Part shown: positions 38,901-53,574 of the stretch, piece by piece
Position numbering within the stretch: position 1 is the stretch's first letter
How the letters are laid out: each line of letters opens with the position of its first letter
Assembly: GCA_030141605.1 (NCBI GenBank)
Contig: JAQGDQ010001031.1
Span: 4,948 to 68,947 of the forward strand
Source of the DNA: Tubiluchus corallicola
Lineage: Eukaryota > Animalia > Priapulida
Length of the DNA: 64,000 nucleotides
Direction: 5' to 3'
Position numbers and translations under genes: made by a program
The notes under the pieces: generated by a model
What the model was told of the DNA's origin: nothing
The model's input: the letters and a program-made list of their open reading frames with translations, nothing else
Databases searched by the model: none

Positions 38901-40649
38901 TATAGTCCGACACGCTTTTGTGTCTTAGTTATTTTTTTCAAAGAAGGGCCTCGCTTGTTCTTGCTAGATTTTCAAAAATATTTTGCTCATGTTTTTCCCA
39001 CTTAGAGTGTCGACCAAGATGATAACGTTTTTTTAACTTTGGGATCTGTTTTGTTAATGTGGGAAATTTAATTTTAATATAATTAAAATTTAAAATTAAA
39101 TATAATTTAAATTTCAAGTTCGTTTGTTTCTGCAAAGATTTCTGCATTATACCCCAAACAATCGCCAAAGGTTCGCCAAACGGTATATGAAAGCGTTATA
39201 TGAAGGACATGTGCCACCTTTGGACATAGTCACATGTCATTAATAACAATTATTTACAAGAAATACCTCGACATCCATAATGGTGGTCAAAGGGGAGAAG
39301 GCTTAGCAAACTTGAAGTGATTTATTCTCTTCTTTAATTAAGGACAGAAATATCTCATCTGGTTTACTATTTCAGTAAACTATTGTATGAGTTCGTAGTT
39401 CATGTGCAATCATTGGTCCTTATATTTCAACTGGGAATCACTTGACACTATACAAGCTATCAGGTATCCTAGCAGCCTGGTTTGATTGGTCATAAATTAA
39501 TTGTCACTTTCTTTGTTAATTGTACGTTTTGCCTAAGTTTTGTTTACTATATTTCTCACCTTCGTGCAGAAAGGCAGAGCAAAATTAGAAACAGCAAAAT
39601 TTGATACAAGTTCTGTCAGACAGGTCTTTGGTCTTTCAAACATTAAAAATCGCTTTAAAAATAATGGCGTCTACGAAAAGTAATTCAACTGCAAACGATT
39701 GATACTTTTGGTCTGTTTTTGCGAATGAAGAGCCCTAGTAACGGGGATGTGTCACAGAAAGAATGTTTTAGAGTGTTTTTATTTTTTACAACTAATTACT
39801 GTCCAATTTTCACATTTCATGTCGTAGTTTAGACGTCATAGATGCGTTTTACCAGAAAGCAAATTTGGGTGAAAAACGTGTTTGTTTACGAAAATCAGCT
39901 GTAGCTCTATTATCAACATGCCACAAAATGGTCCACGTCACGGAACAATTTTTAAAATTAAAAATACAATTCTGATCAGAAGTGCTGATTATTATAATCC
40001 GCAATTTTCCTGGAATTATTTTGGTCACTTTGTGACTGGGATGTAATGTCCAACTTTGAAGAGCTTTTCGTAACGTAAAAAAGGAACTCAGATTTGAATC
40101 ATTGACAATTATAATCCAATTCAATGCCATTTGTTTTCATAAGAACCAGAGTCGCATAAATATGAGTGTAATGAACAAACTTGAACAGCTTTTCACAACA
40201 TACAAGTCCATTCTAGTTTTTGTAATGCCTGCTGGTTGTATTACAATTTCAACTGAAATTATGTGCAATTAATAAACACATACGAATTATTTTACAGTTT
40301 GAATCATGAATGGGATGTGTGAGCAAGTTTAAAGAAGTTCTACATCTTTCAAATTTTATCAAATTCTATGGCATAGGACACAAGTTCATTTGACGTGCTC
40401 TAAGTTCAGTACGCAATGCAGGTCTTTTATTTTGACCATAACTGTAACAAAGATTAAGCAGGTCTTATTATCCTGCAATAACTATTTATTGAAATGTATT
40501 TCGATTTCTGTAAGTTCTTAAAAGGAAGAAAAGATTTGGTAGTAAGATGGTCGACTTGTGCAAATAGGTTGTGCTTAAGGAACTTTGTGTTAATTAAAAT
40601 GTTCAAACAAACATTATTGGCGCCATATTTCCAGTGCTGAAGAATTTAA

Positions 40650-43600
40650 GGCGGAGTTAAAAAGCCGTCATGGTGATCAACTCCAACACGTCAGTTTATA
40701 GGCGTAACTTTCAGATGCGTGACAACTCAAGCAAATCATTTGCTTTGCAGTCTTGCTATAAGCGTGAGCAGTGCTCCAGGAAAAACAGAACACTTTTTAG
40801 TGAAATGTAATATTGATTCTGAGTGCAAAATGTGTGATTTTGTTAGAAATGTGAAAATTTTGTTTTCTGTACAAAACAATTTATTCTTTGCACTCAAACA
40901 CAGAAGTGATCACGATCTATTTTGTCTAATAAATGGATTCTGGCTGCAAGGTGATTTAAAATGGGGAATGGTGGCACTTCATAAAGCAAGTTTTAAATTA
41001 ACATTCTCTCAGTAAAAGTGAAAAATCCCCTGGCTTTTCATTGAAGCTTCATTAGGTATAAAGCAGCAATTTAACTTTCAAATTTCTCACAGAAAACTGA
41101 TCACGTTTCGCCATCTTGATTTTAAAAAATACGCGCCACCCTCATCGACCTGATTTGCCTGGAATATGGCTTGGACTATGAATTTGCTTTACAAAGTTTA
41201 TGTCAGGCATCAGCAAGATAATTCTATCTTTATAACTGTCCTGCCGGTGTTTTATGGTAAGTGTTAATCTTATGTGCAATCATTTTAAATCACTTACTTT
41301 ATTTTATATAAATTGGGACCTGTAAGGCAGTGATCTATCAGGCAATAATAATGTTTTTTGGATGCCTGTATGGCCTGATTACAGTTCAGGTGGTTTTTAA
41401 AGCACTCTCAGATCTCCCAAATTAGAAATATCACTAAAAGTAGGACTGCAATAGACAGTTGCATCCTTCATCTGCACACTGATGTAAAGAAAAGTTGAAA
41501 CGTTCCTCCTATTTATAAAGAAAAACAACATTAAAAAATTAAAAGTTAAAGGGAATCTGGCAAATTTTCTCGATGTGCGCCATTTTGCAGCAATCTTGTG
41601 TGACAGTAAGTGGTGTTCCTTTGCCAGGTTTGTCAGTATGGCATGTATGGCAGGTTTGGTGGTACAGCAGGTATGACAGTATGGTGAGTATGGCAGGTTT
41701 GTCAGTAGTGCAGGTTTAGCAGGTTTGTCAGTACGGCAGGTTTTGGCAGTTTTTTCAGCATGCCGGGTTTGACAGGTTTGACAGTATGGCAGTTTTGGCA
41801 GGTTTTTCAGTATGCTGGGTTTGGCAGGTTTAACAGTATGGCGGGTGTGGCAGGTTTGACAGTATGGCGGGTTTGACAGGTTTAACAGTATGGCTGGTTT
41901 GCTGGTTCGTTAGTATGGCTGGTAAGGCAGGTATTCTAGGTTTGGCAGCACAGCAGGTATGGCAGGTATGACAGTATGCCAGATTTGGCAGGTATGACAA
42001 TATGCCGGGTTTGGCAATACAGCAGGTATGACAGGTTTTTCAGATTGGCAGACCTATCTTACAACATTATTTCTGACAATTAGAGTTATTGATCTTGATG
42101 AGCACATTCCTTCAATGTAGAAAAGTCTCAATAAGACCCAGAATTCTTGATATTGTCATAGATGTTTGGCGTACCAGTTTTTTCAGAGTTTTTGTAAAGT
42201 CTTGCTTATGACAACATCGTTGTAACTCGAGGGGTACTGGTTATTTCTCATCAATTATTAAATCTAAATCAGTTTTGAATATCTTGCAATCAGATTCAAA
42301 ATGTGTGCTTACGATGATCAAACCTCTGTATTGTACAGAAACTGTAGCATAAAAATTAAGATGAAGGACAGTATTTCTACTCTTGTGGTTCCAACTGGAC
42401 TTGAAGACTTGTAGCTTGTCCATGGGCAGTGTTGACCACAACCTTACCATTACAAATTCATTGCCCTCAAATGCAGAATTCACCATTGAGATGAAAATGA
42501 AGAAAATTGTGAATTCTGGACGTAAAGATTAAAATTGAAGTCTGTCAGGAGTCTTGTTGTTGCAAGAGAACAGATTCTGGCCTTGGTCTTAATTTGGGAA
42601 GCTAAATTTTTCCTTAGTGTCGGTGTAATCTTCACACTAAATTGTTCATATTAATATTATTTTTACAAGAGATTGACCAAAAGATCTTGCAGGTTTCTTA
42701 AAATTATCAGGGGAACTTTTTGTAGCAATTAAGTGTCTAACAGATTAAATTAGTTAATGAAATTGGCTTATGATGAACAAAACTTGTTTTAAGAGAAAAC
42801 ATCTTGAAAACATGAATAAAACTCTTGAAACATTAAGCAAGTCATGCATGCTCCCATGTATATGTGAGGTGACTGATTTTGATCTTCACTTGCAAAGCCA
42901 ATGAATTGTCTGAGAAGAAAACTGTTTTTCTGGAAACAGACTGTTCAGTGATTTGTTTGTGAAATGTTTTCAAAAAACCATGTGACAATTTCCTCTCCTA
43001 AAATATGGCATTAATTTTAACATTGAGATCAACTAAGGCAATGAACCAAAAGGATTCAAGCCTATCACAATAGGCAGACGTTTTTTTAAATTATTACTTC
43101 AAATTACATTAAATAGATTAGAGAACAATATTTGACAACATAATTAGTGACTGTCAAAATATTATAACACCTGCACAGACAATATAATGATAGTAATTGA
43201 AATGTTTTGAATGTTGAAAAAGATTTTATTGTTTAAATTGCCTATTATGAGTTGAGTTTCAAAAAGTTCATGTGGCTAAAAGTCACTTTAAAACCTGAAT
43301 CATTTCACATATTCTGCCTACCGTGTCTCACTGCAACGTTGGAAACGTCTAGGAAGCCACAATTACGACATAATTTTTCTTTCAACAGCTTTATGAATCA
43401 TGTGCAATGTTGTAAAGAATCAGCTGACTCTCAAATATCACAGACTTGGTGAGATGGATGATATGTATACAGCACATTGAAGTCAATTAAAGAGGTGCAT
43501 CAACTGATATGTTTTATAATTTGCCATAAAGGAAGCTGGAAAGGACAGCAAAACATTTCATGTAGAAGCAGCTCTTAGAAAATTGATGGAAGCTATAGTT

Positions 43601-45380
43601 CACAATTCTGTTCCTTGGAACTTAATACATGATGAAAGAAATTATGCCATAATTATATTGATAAGCCAAGAGAATGAGCGAAAGTCCAAAACTGTTTGAA
43701 ATGGACTGAATCCACGTTTGTTCATCTTGAGAACAAATAATCATTGTGGAGTTTCGCTATTCTAAAAAAAGATTACTGGTGATTATGATTAATGGTTAAT
43801 TGATTTTACCAGGCCTGCAAGAAACACTGAGTTACACTACTGCTTCAGTGATTAGTTAATTTCACATTGAGTGAGACTGAGTGAGACAGCTGTAAGTATG
43901 TGTAAATGTGAAAACTTGTAATGGCAATCTTTTTTGATTTTGTATGGGTCTTTGTGCTTTGCATAATAACACATTACAAATTTGTTGTTCAGCATTGTGC
44001 AAAAAGTATGTGTTGTATATCTTCAAACTGTCGTCACTACACTGGCATGATAGACGCGTAATTGTTTGATGAACATAATAAATTGTTTTGTACTATTACT
44101 CATTGTTTCTGTATAGTGGATCCTAGCAAAAGAAAGTTACCTTGAAACTTCCACCTTTGGAACAAGCAGCAATCCTCTAGTCAAAAGAGACCTTCTTTCA
44201 AAACGTAATTTGTAACTGGGTGTAGCTGGCCTTTAGCTAACTTAGGCTCATGTGAACGAGCATACATCATTGATCAATAGACTTTCCATCGTGTTGCTTT
44301 TCCTGTTGGTGGTCACCTCCTTTGGTAATATGGTAAACCTAGGCGGTGGTCCTACAGAAAATAGTAAATAAGTTAAAATATTAGGCCTATATGATTATAA
44401 TTAAGTAAAAAAACAAACAATAGATATATAATGATCATCAAGGCACATGCAATTTTGTCATTTTACTTCATATTTGACACGCATTGAGACGCCATTTTAT
44501 AAATTATACTTTTTATCTTGAGTGAAACGTAAATTCCTTTAATAAACTAATCAAATAGTTCTTATCAAAATCTCGATTACGATTAAGTGAAATAAATCAA
44601 AGACTTGAATAACTAAATCAAATTAAACAAAATATACATACATCTTTGGCATCAAATCGTGAGTTAAACACAAAATTTATCAACACGTCATCACTGCTTT
44701 GAACACATTGAAACTTGAATGACAGGTATTTAAAAGTAGCACGCTAATATTGAAGCCAGATGTCACCACCTTACAAGTAAGAACAGGTAATTTAACTTAA
44801 TCAAATCAAAACGCACATTTAACTATTATTATTAACTATTTTGGTTATTTAATAAACAAAAATTTTCAACACCTGTCACACAGACATGCCTACAGTAAGC
44901 TGTCAACCATAATCAGTGGCTTGTTGTAACATGAGAATTAATTTTTAGCATGTTTCTGGATATTACATTTTGAAATTCAATTACATCATAATAATTCAAA
45001 ACAGATTTGTGGTTTAAGTCCATTTCTCAGAAAAGTGTCTCTCTGTATTTGCCAGAAAAATAACTTTCCAGAAAGAAATTTGTTTGTGCACGGATTTGCG
45101 TCAGCTTTCAGATATAAAGTACTACAAAGAAAGGGCATTTGTATGAAAAATTTTAGTTTCCTAACTGCAGCAAAAGTCGACTGATCGTTACTGACATAGT
45201 CCGGAATGCGAAGCATTGGGATATTCAAGCACTGATTTGCGTCAGTTCTGAGATACAAAGTACTACCATAACAAGGATTTTTTGATAAATTTTAGTTTCG
45301 CAACTGCTGTAAAAGTCGACTGATCGTTACTGATATAGTCCAGAATGCTAAGCATTGAATTATTTGTGCACGGATTTGTG
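40650..45380 (+). repeat. Segmental duplication / large repeat unit, copy A
   Basis: Colinear with 55062-59960 from ggcggagttaaaaagc to the 142-bp satellite units. Paired ORFs such as 43252..43452 and 57787..58077 are near-identical. Confidence 0.92.
41622..42052. repeat. Irregular GGCAGGTTT/CAGTATGG minisatellite (copy A)
   Basis: Repeated cagtatggcaggtttg-like 9-10-mer modules. Confidence 0.85.
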
Positions 45381-45949
45381 ACAGGTATTTAAAACTAGAA
45401 CACAAATATTGAAGCCAGATGTCACCACGTTACAGGTAAGTCAACGTAATCTAATCAACACGCACATTTAACTATTATTAGTTATATTGTTATAACAAAA
45501 GTTTTGTTTATTTAATAAACAAAAATCCTCAGCACCTGTTACACAGATAATTCATCTACCGTCTTCCATCTACTGCAGGCTGCCTACAGTAAGCCGCGTC
45601 AGTTATAATCAGCTTTGCCTTCTCACAAGCCGCTTCGAGCAGTTTATAGTGAGTCTTGTTGTGAAATGAGTTTAAGCATTAATTTCGTTTAACATAAGCC
45701 TTCTAGCATGTTTCTAGTTTTTACATTACAAAATTCAATTACATCGTAAGAATTTATAACAGATTTGTGGTTTAAGTCCGTTTCTCAGAAAACAGTTTCC
45801 CAGTATCCCAGGATCTCTCAATAGTCTCCCAAAGAAAAACCGCTTACCAGAAAAAAAACTTCCCTGAATAATATTTTTCTTGGACATCGTTTATAGAAAA
45901 ATGTTACGTTTTTAACTTTTACATCTTTATTAAAGTAGGACAAAGCCTT

Positions 45950-46035
45950 CGATTTCTCTTTCTCTGTTTACTTATCTCTTGTTACCTCTTTCCTATCACC
46001 TCATCTCTCACTTGCTCTCTCTCTCCTTAGCTCTT

Positions 46036-46083
<48 letters not shown>

Positions 46084-46307
46084 CTCCCTCTCTCTCTTTT
46101 TCTCATCTCGCTCTTTCTTTCTCTCTCTCTCTCTCTCTCTCTTTTTTTTCTCCTGCTCGCCCTCTCTTTCTCTCTCTCTCTCTCCTGTCTCTCTTTCTCT
46201 TTCTCACTCTCTTTCCAATTGTCTTAGAAGCTCTTTTTTCACTCTCTCTCTCTCTCTCTCTTTCTCTTTCTCACTCTCTTCCTAATTGTCTTTGAAGCTT
46301 TTTCATG

Positions 46308-46338
<31 letters not shown>

Positions 46339-46460
46339 TTCTCATCTTCTCCCTCCCTTTCATTCTTTAAATTTTTACCCCTCTCTCCGCCCGCTGTTTT
46401 CCTCTATCTACACATCAGCCCTCTCTCTTGCTTTTCCTCTTCCTTTTTCTGTCTGCTTTC
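45950..46460. repeat. Imperfect (CT)n microsatellite / polypyrimidine tract
   Basis: ~500 bp of CT repeats. Confidence 0.95.
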
Positions 46461-46767
46461 CGCATGGTTAGTTATCTGCAGTGCTTTGATTAATGACTAT
46501 CAGAAATCATTGTCATTAAAAATGACGCAATGTGTAAGGGGTCAACATTGTTCTTGTAAAGTTTAATGCTGTTTCGGAAAATATTCTGTTTTGAAACTTC
46601 CTTGGAACAATTTTAAGTTGTTAATTGGTTAAAATTGCTTTCTCAAATTAATTTGCATTGCATCAACTGACTTACATAATCTCTTCAAATTCGATTAACA
46701 TTCACAAAATTTGAAATAAAGTTAATAGATAATAATTACAAAAAATGAATGCTTTGTAAACTATAGC

Positions 46768-47112
46768 CAAATTTTTGTTTCCTTGCTGCTGTAAAAGTCG
46801 ACTGTTTGCTGCAGATGCAATCCGGAATGTGAAGCATTGGGATATTCAAGCAATGATTTGTGTCGCGTTTCAAATATGAAGTATTACCAAGATAGGTCAT
46901 TTTTGTGTTAAATTTAATGTGGTAACTGCTGTAAAAGTCTACTAGTTGTTACATTTCTAGTCCGGAATGTGAAACATTGCATTACTCGATTACTCATTTG
47001 TGTCAGCTTTGAAATATGAAGTACTACCACAACACGGTATTTTTGTGCTAAATTTTTTGGTGTTGTAGCGGCTGTAAAGGCGACTGATTGTTACAGATAT
47101 AGTCCAGAATGT
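46768..47112 (+). repeat. Diverged ~142-bp satellite monomers (~2.5 units)
   Basis: gctgtaaaagtcgactg..tccggaatgtgaagcattgggatattcaagca, as in 59680-63575. Confidence 0.85.
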
Positions 47113-48423
47113 GGAGCAGCGTCAGCATAGAAAACTTTTATACAGTTTACTTAGTGAAGGTATCACAGTAATGATTAGCTTATTGTGGATTGAATGCGTG
47201 ATTTGCTCGGTTTCGGTCATCGTGATTGTTCTTATTGAAAAACAGTCGTCGAATCTGTTACAAGTTCAGACTTGTTTTACAAGAAAAGAACTTTTGCAGC
47301 TTGTATTGCTGACGATGTTTTCAAATAATGCCACAAGAATTTTCACAATATGCTGTAGGCCAGTCTACTTTTGCGCAATGATTGTTTACAGGCCTATTAG
47401 AATATACCATAATGGACCTATAACTTTCGACGGTAGTAAAATATGTCGCTTTTGCAGAATTTGATGAAAACATGTGAACGACCTCAACGACAATCGTCTC
47501 TATCAGCTGGCCACCCTTCCGACCAAAGGTCAAATGCTGTAATGTAGTAATAACAGCTTAATTTTTAGCCTAGTTGTGTATAACAGTATCACAGGTACAC
47601 TCTGATACAGCAGAGCTGCACTAGTTCAATTTTTTCACGGGGAGAGGCGTAAATGTAGTTCCTCCATGGCATTTCCCGCGAAATACATAAAAGTTAATAA
47701 CTCATTAATTAGACAACGTACTGCTAAAAATAAATCGCCAAATTGTTCACGGGGAAGGCAACTATAAAATAAGTTCAACTTTAAAGCACAAGAAAACCCC
47801 CTACTTACATAAAGCTTAAGAAATTCGTTCCAAAATTTTATACCACTTATATACTGCCTTTTTGTATGCATGGCTTGCATTGGCTGTAACGGTACATAAA
47901 ACTTGTAAAATTGAATTCCCGCGATGACAGTTAGGCGCCGCCATGTGAATGGTAGGTCGTTTGAAACAAGTTTTGATAACATTAAGCAAAGTTTGAAAAA
48001 AACAACCAGAGTACTATACATGTTGCTAAGAAAAATTTTAAACTACTGTATAAACAATAAGATTAAAAATATGTGGAAAGCGAATAGTGACATTTTACCA
48101 ATTGGCACAAACATTTTAAATTATTAGTCTAGTTGCATAAGTCTTTCCAGCAGGTAAGTGAAATGGTAAGAAATATAGATTTGCATGGAAAGTTTTTTTG
48201 GTACATAATTTAACATTGTCTGTTTTTGCCCTGATATAAAGGCATAGTGACGGCATATAATGGTGCTGTTTGAACAGTAATTCGCGAGAATTAAAGTAAA
48301 AACAAACGAAAATTCCTTTCAACACGAATACGATATGTGCATAAAATTGCTGAAAAAGTTGTATAATTTTTTAAGGCGATATATGAAACCTAATTCAGGC
48401 GCACTTTTTCTTGTCCAATAAAA

Positions 48424-48650
48424 TACGATTGCAGTGCCTCTGGCTTGTGTGTAAACCTATCTATGATTGCAGTGCTTCTGGCATGTGTGTAAACCTATCT
48501 ACGATTGCAGTGCTTCTGACATGTGTGTAAATCTATTTACGATTGCAGTGCTTCTGGCATGTGTGTAAACCTATCTATGATTGCAGTGCTTCTGGCATGT
48601 GTGTAAATCTATCTATGATTGCAGTGCTTCTGGCATGTGTGTAAACCTAT
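48424..48650. repeat. 38-bp minisatellite, 6 copies
   Basis: ta(c/t)gattgcagtgcttctggcatgtgtgtaaacctatc at 48424, 48462, 48500 and onward. Confidence 0.95.
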
Positions 48651-48819
48651 TTTTTAACCCTGTATATTTTTTACTGTGGTAACATTTATTTCGTTGCATT
48701 CTATTTCATTTTATTACAGTATTTGTATTTTATATGATTTTAATTACCAAAATAAAAATTTGAGTCGACAGAAAATTCTGTTTGATGATTTCATTAAGTT
48801 TTCTGATAAGACAAAATGT

Positions 48820-49860
48820 AAATTGCAAACCATGTGATCATCACACAAATAAGCGACTTAATTATAAATCTTGTGAGGAATGTGATCTGACCACATATTA
48901 TAGATAAAGAAAAATTTTTCATCAATTTTCTGTGAAATATTAAATTTTGTAATACTGGTGACATATTTTGCAAAGCCCTAAATTGCAGAACACTTCTGTT
49001 TCTCCGTGCACAGCTTAATGGATTTGTAAGGTCTTGTAAAGTGTTTGAGGTGAGATGCAGTTCACCCCCAGTGCACATTGAAAGATGTAATTTTGAGCAA
49101 TTTCGTCTGGAAATTAATAATGATTGAAAATAATTATACTCGCTTTTGAAATTGATAATCTTTTCGGCAAATTCCGCAAAAGCCCTGAGTTACAGACAAC
49201 TTGAGACGTGCTCTCTGCACGCAAAAGAGAAGATTAGTGGTTTTCAAAATCTTGTGAAGTATTTGAGTTACACGCAAAGAAATGAAACACAAAGAAACAA
49301 AGGATTTTAATCTTGTCTGGAATTTAATAACTTGAAAAGCGCCGAAAATAATTATCCTCGCTTTTGAAGTTTATAATCTTTTCGGCAAATTCCACAAAAG
49401 CCCTGAGTTACAGACAACTTGAGACGTGCTCTCTACACACAAAAGAGAAGCTTAATTGTAAAGCTTTTGAATGTTTACCAGAGCGGCAGGTTACACCCTG
49501 CCGACAAAGAAAGATTTTAATCCCTAATAATTCTGTCTGGAAATTAATAACGATTGATAAGCTGCAAATAATAATCTCTCTCTCTGAAGTGGTTTAGCAA
49601 GTTTTATACAAGAATTTTAGCAGCGTGAGAACTACATGGGCAATGACCAACCTTGAAATGGTCTGATTTTGATAAAATATATCAATAATGAGGTAATGAG
49701 GTCTCAAAACAAGAAACGCATAACAGCTTTGCAACATTTGGATATTTGAAAAAACTTTTTTGGCAGAAGTGTTGCCTCTTGTTGCTTGCCACTGTTGTTT
49801 TGTAAAGTATAACCTTTCTACAATAGCTGTGTCATTGTTATTTTGTCCTAGTCGCTGCTG
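48820..49860 (-). repeat. Inverted copy of the 118-bp-subunit repeat family
   Basis: ccgacaaagaaagattttaatccctaataattctgtctggaaattaataacgattgataagc and gggcaatgaccaaccttgaa are reverse complements of motifs in 32200-33600. Confidence 0.85.
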
Positions 49861-50370
49861 ATCCAGATTAGACTGTCACTCTAGTTACTGTTTCTGCTGT
49901 TTTTCTTGTTGCTTGCTGGCGACGATGACGATGGATTTTACTCTGCTTTTCTTGTTGTTTATATATAACAAGCTTTATGCTTTTGTGCAAATAATTTTTG
50001 CTAGAAAAAAATCCACTTTTATTCTCTTGAGACAAGTTGCTGAGAGGAGGCTACAGAGCAGCTTAATCTCTTCCCACGGAATCATAAGCACTTTAATTTA
50101 ATCCCTGAAAAGGATGCGGTCTATCAGATTTATTTGCTTTAAAATTTTGGTGAAATGAGGATTGTCAGTCTTAAGATGTTTTGCAAACATCTATAATCTC
50201 TTAAACCTCTTACAAATTTCACAAAAACGTCTTTGTTATCAGGAGACTTGAAGTATCAACCTCCAACTGAACTGGTACCCACATTTATCTGGAAAAATGG
50301 CCAACAGAAAATGCCGTTGCGCAAAATCCCTGATCGTATGTCCTCATAAATCATGGGGATATTTTTGTAC

Positions 50371-52532
50371 AAGTAAATATATGTGGTTGCTTTGAAAATA
50401 AGTAAATATGTGAGGTTGCTTAGAAAATAAGTAAATATGTGCGGTTGCATTGAAAATAAGTAAATATGTGCAGTTGCATTGAAAATAAGTAAATATGTGC
50501 GGTTGCATTGAAAGTAAGTAAATATGTGAGGTTGCTTAGAAAATAAGTAAATATGTGCGGTTGCATTGAAAATAAGTAAATATGTGCGGTTGCATTGAAA
50601 ATAAGTAAATATGTGAGGTTGCTTAGAAAATAAGTAAATATGTGCGGTTGCATTGAAAATAAGTAAATATGTGAGGTTGCTTAGAAAATAAGTAAATATG
50701 TGCGGTTGCATTGAAAATAAGTAAATATGTGCGGTTGCATTGAAAATAAGTAAATATGTGCGGTTGCATTGAAAGTAAGTAAATATGTGAGGTTGCTTAG
50801 AAAATAAGTAAATATGTGCGGTTGCATTGAAAATAAGTAAATATGTGTGGTTGCATTGAAAATAAGTAAGTATGTGCGGTTGCATTGAAAATAAGTAAAT
50901 ATGTGCGGTTGCATTGAAAATAAGTAAATATGTGCAGTTGCATTGAAAATAAGTAAATATGCGCGGTTGCTTAGAAAATAAGTAAATATGTGCGGTTGCA
51001 TTGAAAATAAGTAAATATGTGAGGTTGCATTGAAAATAAGTAAATATGTGCAGTTGCATTGAAAATAAGTAAATATGTGCGGTTGCATTGAAAATAAGTA
51101 AATAAGTGCGGTTGCATAGAAAAGAAGTAAATATGTGCGGTTGCATTGAAAATAAGTAAATATGTGAGGTTGCTTAGAAAATAAGTAAATATGTGCGGTT
51201 GCATTGAAAATAAGTAAATATGTGTGGTTGCATTGAAAATAAGTAAGTATGAGCGGTTGCATTGAAAATAAGTAAATATGTGCGGTTGCATTGAAAATAA
51301 GTAAATATGTGCAGTTGCATTGAAAATAAGTAAATATGCGCGGTTGCTTAGAAAATAAGTAAATATGTGCGGTTGCATTGAAAATAAGAAAATATGTGCG
51401 GTTGCATTGAAAATAAGTAATTACGTGCGGTTGCATAGGAAATAAGAAAATATGTGCGGTTGCATAGAAAATAAGTAAATATGTGTGGTTGCATAGAAAA
51501 TAAGAAAATATGTGCGGCTGCATAGAAAATAAGTAAATATGTGCAGTTGCATAGAAAATAAGAAAATATGTGTGGTTGCATATAAAATAAGAAAATATGT
51601 GCGGTTGCTTTGAAAATAAGAAAATATGTGCGGTTGCATAGAAAATAAGAAAATATGTGCGGCTGCATAGAAAATAAGTAATTACGTGCGGTTGCATAGA
51701 AAATAAGAAAATATGTGCGGCTGCATAGAAAATAAGTAATTACGTGCGGTTGCATAGGAAATAAGAAAATATGTGCGGTTGCATAGAAAATAAGAAAATA
51801 TGTGCGGTTGCATAGAAAATAAGTAAATATGTGCAGCTGCATAGAAAATAAGTAAATATGTGCGGTTGCATAGAAAATAAGTAAATATGTGCGGTTGCAT
51901 AGAAAGTAATTAAATATGTGCGGTTGCATAGATAATAAGCAAAAAAGTGCGGATGCATGGAAAAGTCAGTAAATAAGTGCGTTTGCACAGAAAATAAGTT
52001 ACTAAGTATGGTTGTATAGAAAATAAGTGTTGTTGTTGTGGTTGTCAAAAAAAAGTGCGGTTGCGCAGAAAATAAGTTACTAAGTGCGGTTGCACAGAAA
52101 ATAAATTACTGAGTGTGGTTGCACAGAAAATTAATGTGGTTGTGCAGAAAATAAGTTACTAAGTGTGGTTGCAAAGAAAATAAGTTACTGAGTGCGGTTG
52201 CACAGAAAATACGTTACTAAGTGCGGTTGCTCAGAAAATAAGTTACTAAGTGCGGTTGCGCAGAAAATAAGGTACTGAGTGTGGTTGCAAAGAAAATAAG
52301 TTATTGAGTGTGGTTGCACAGAAAATACGTTACTAAGTGCGGTTGCTCAGAAAATAAGTTACTAAGTGCGGTTGCTCAGAAAATAAGTTACTGAGTGTGG
52401 TTGCACAGAAAACAAGTTACTAAGTGTGGTTGCACAGAAAACAAGTTACTAAGTGTGGTTGCACAGAAAACAAGTTACTAAGTGTGGTTGCACAGAAAAT
52501 AAGTTACTAAGTGTGGTTGCACAGAAAATAAG
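50371..52532. repeat. 29-bp minisatellite array, about 74 units
   Basis: Unit gaaaataagtaaatatgtgcggttgcatt, with sequence variants clustered in blocks. Confidence 0.97.
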
Positions 52533-53574
52533 GGCAGCTGTTGTGTTTGGCAGTTACTAATAAAGCTTAATGTTTATCTGCAAGTTAAAGTAAGGCTCAA
52601 TGATTTAATCTGGGTCACATTACATCTTCAATTTGCTTTATTTTGGTTTTAAGGCCTTTACAAAGCAAAAACTTTTGTTTTAATTTGTTTTGCTAGTTGG
52701 AAAATCATTTGTGAGAGCTGCTGGTTTTGAATGCATCCAACTGTTTTGTGCACAGTAAGACCATGTGAACCAGCACTGTGCTGCCATCTGGCAATAAATA
52801 CAATATAGAAACAGCTTACATAACAAAGCATCATAATTTTTTTAGAGTAATGCTTTCAAATGCATCGGCTGTTGTGCGTGCAGTAAGCCCATCACACCTT
52901 GCATGGTGCTTCAATCTGACAACGGAAATAATATGAAAACATCTTATGTTGCTGTGTAACAATGTTTTGTAATTTCTGTAGAGTGCTGGCTTTAAATGCG
53001 TACGATGGTTGTGTACACTGTAAAACCATCTAAACATGCACTGCACTGTCATCTGTCAACGGAAATAGTATAAAAACAGCTTATGATGCCTTGTAAAATA
53101 AATACGATTTTTTGATTTGCTTTAACTTATGAAAAATTTGAAATATGAGCTGTACACAAAGTCGCACCTTGCACCCTAAGCACAAGAGTCACCTGCAATA
53201 ATTGATTATAATCTCTGTTAATTCTCGTCTGAGAAATAAGTCTTAATGGTGTAGCGCCACCTAACAAAGAAACTGGTGAGTTGCTGTTGCTTGCTATTGA
53301 GAAAAACTTTTTTTAATGTATAAAAAGGCGACAATTTTTTTCCTTGCGGAATGATGCATATAAAAGTATAAAGCTTGCAGAGAGAACAACAATAGCAAAA
53401 GTGACAACATTAGTGTCATCATCACCATCAGTATAGCAGCAGCAGTAGTGATAACAACAGCAGCAATGATAGCAATAGTGATAAGTAGAAGGTGAAGCAG
53501 CTGCAGCGACAGTGACCACGACCATATAGTTGTTGCAAAATTATTTATTATATATCGAACATGCCAGTTCAAAT

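Noticed and set aside
45979-46471. Leu/Ser-rich ORFs
   Set aside because: Translation of (CT)n.
48424-48650. CRISPR-sized 38-bp repeats
   Set aside because: The units are directly adjacent with no spacers, so this is an ordinary minisatellite.
50256-52048. Long ORFs of 296, 338 and 193 aa
   Set aside because: They are by-products of the 29-bp minisatellite, with a 29-aa periodicity in all three minus frames and no gene context.
53294-53572. Hydrophobic / Cys-rich ORFs resembling a membrane or metallothionein-like protein
   Set aside because: Derived from low-complexity AGC/ATC/AAC trinucleotide runs, with no supporting gene structure.
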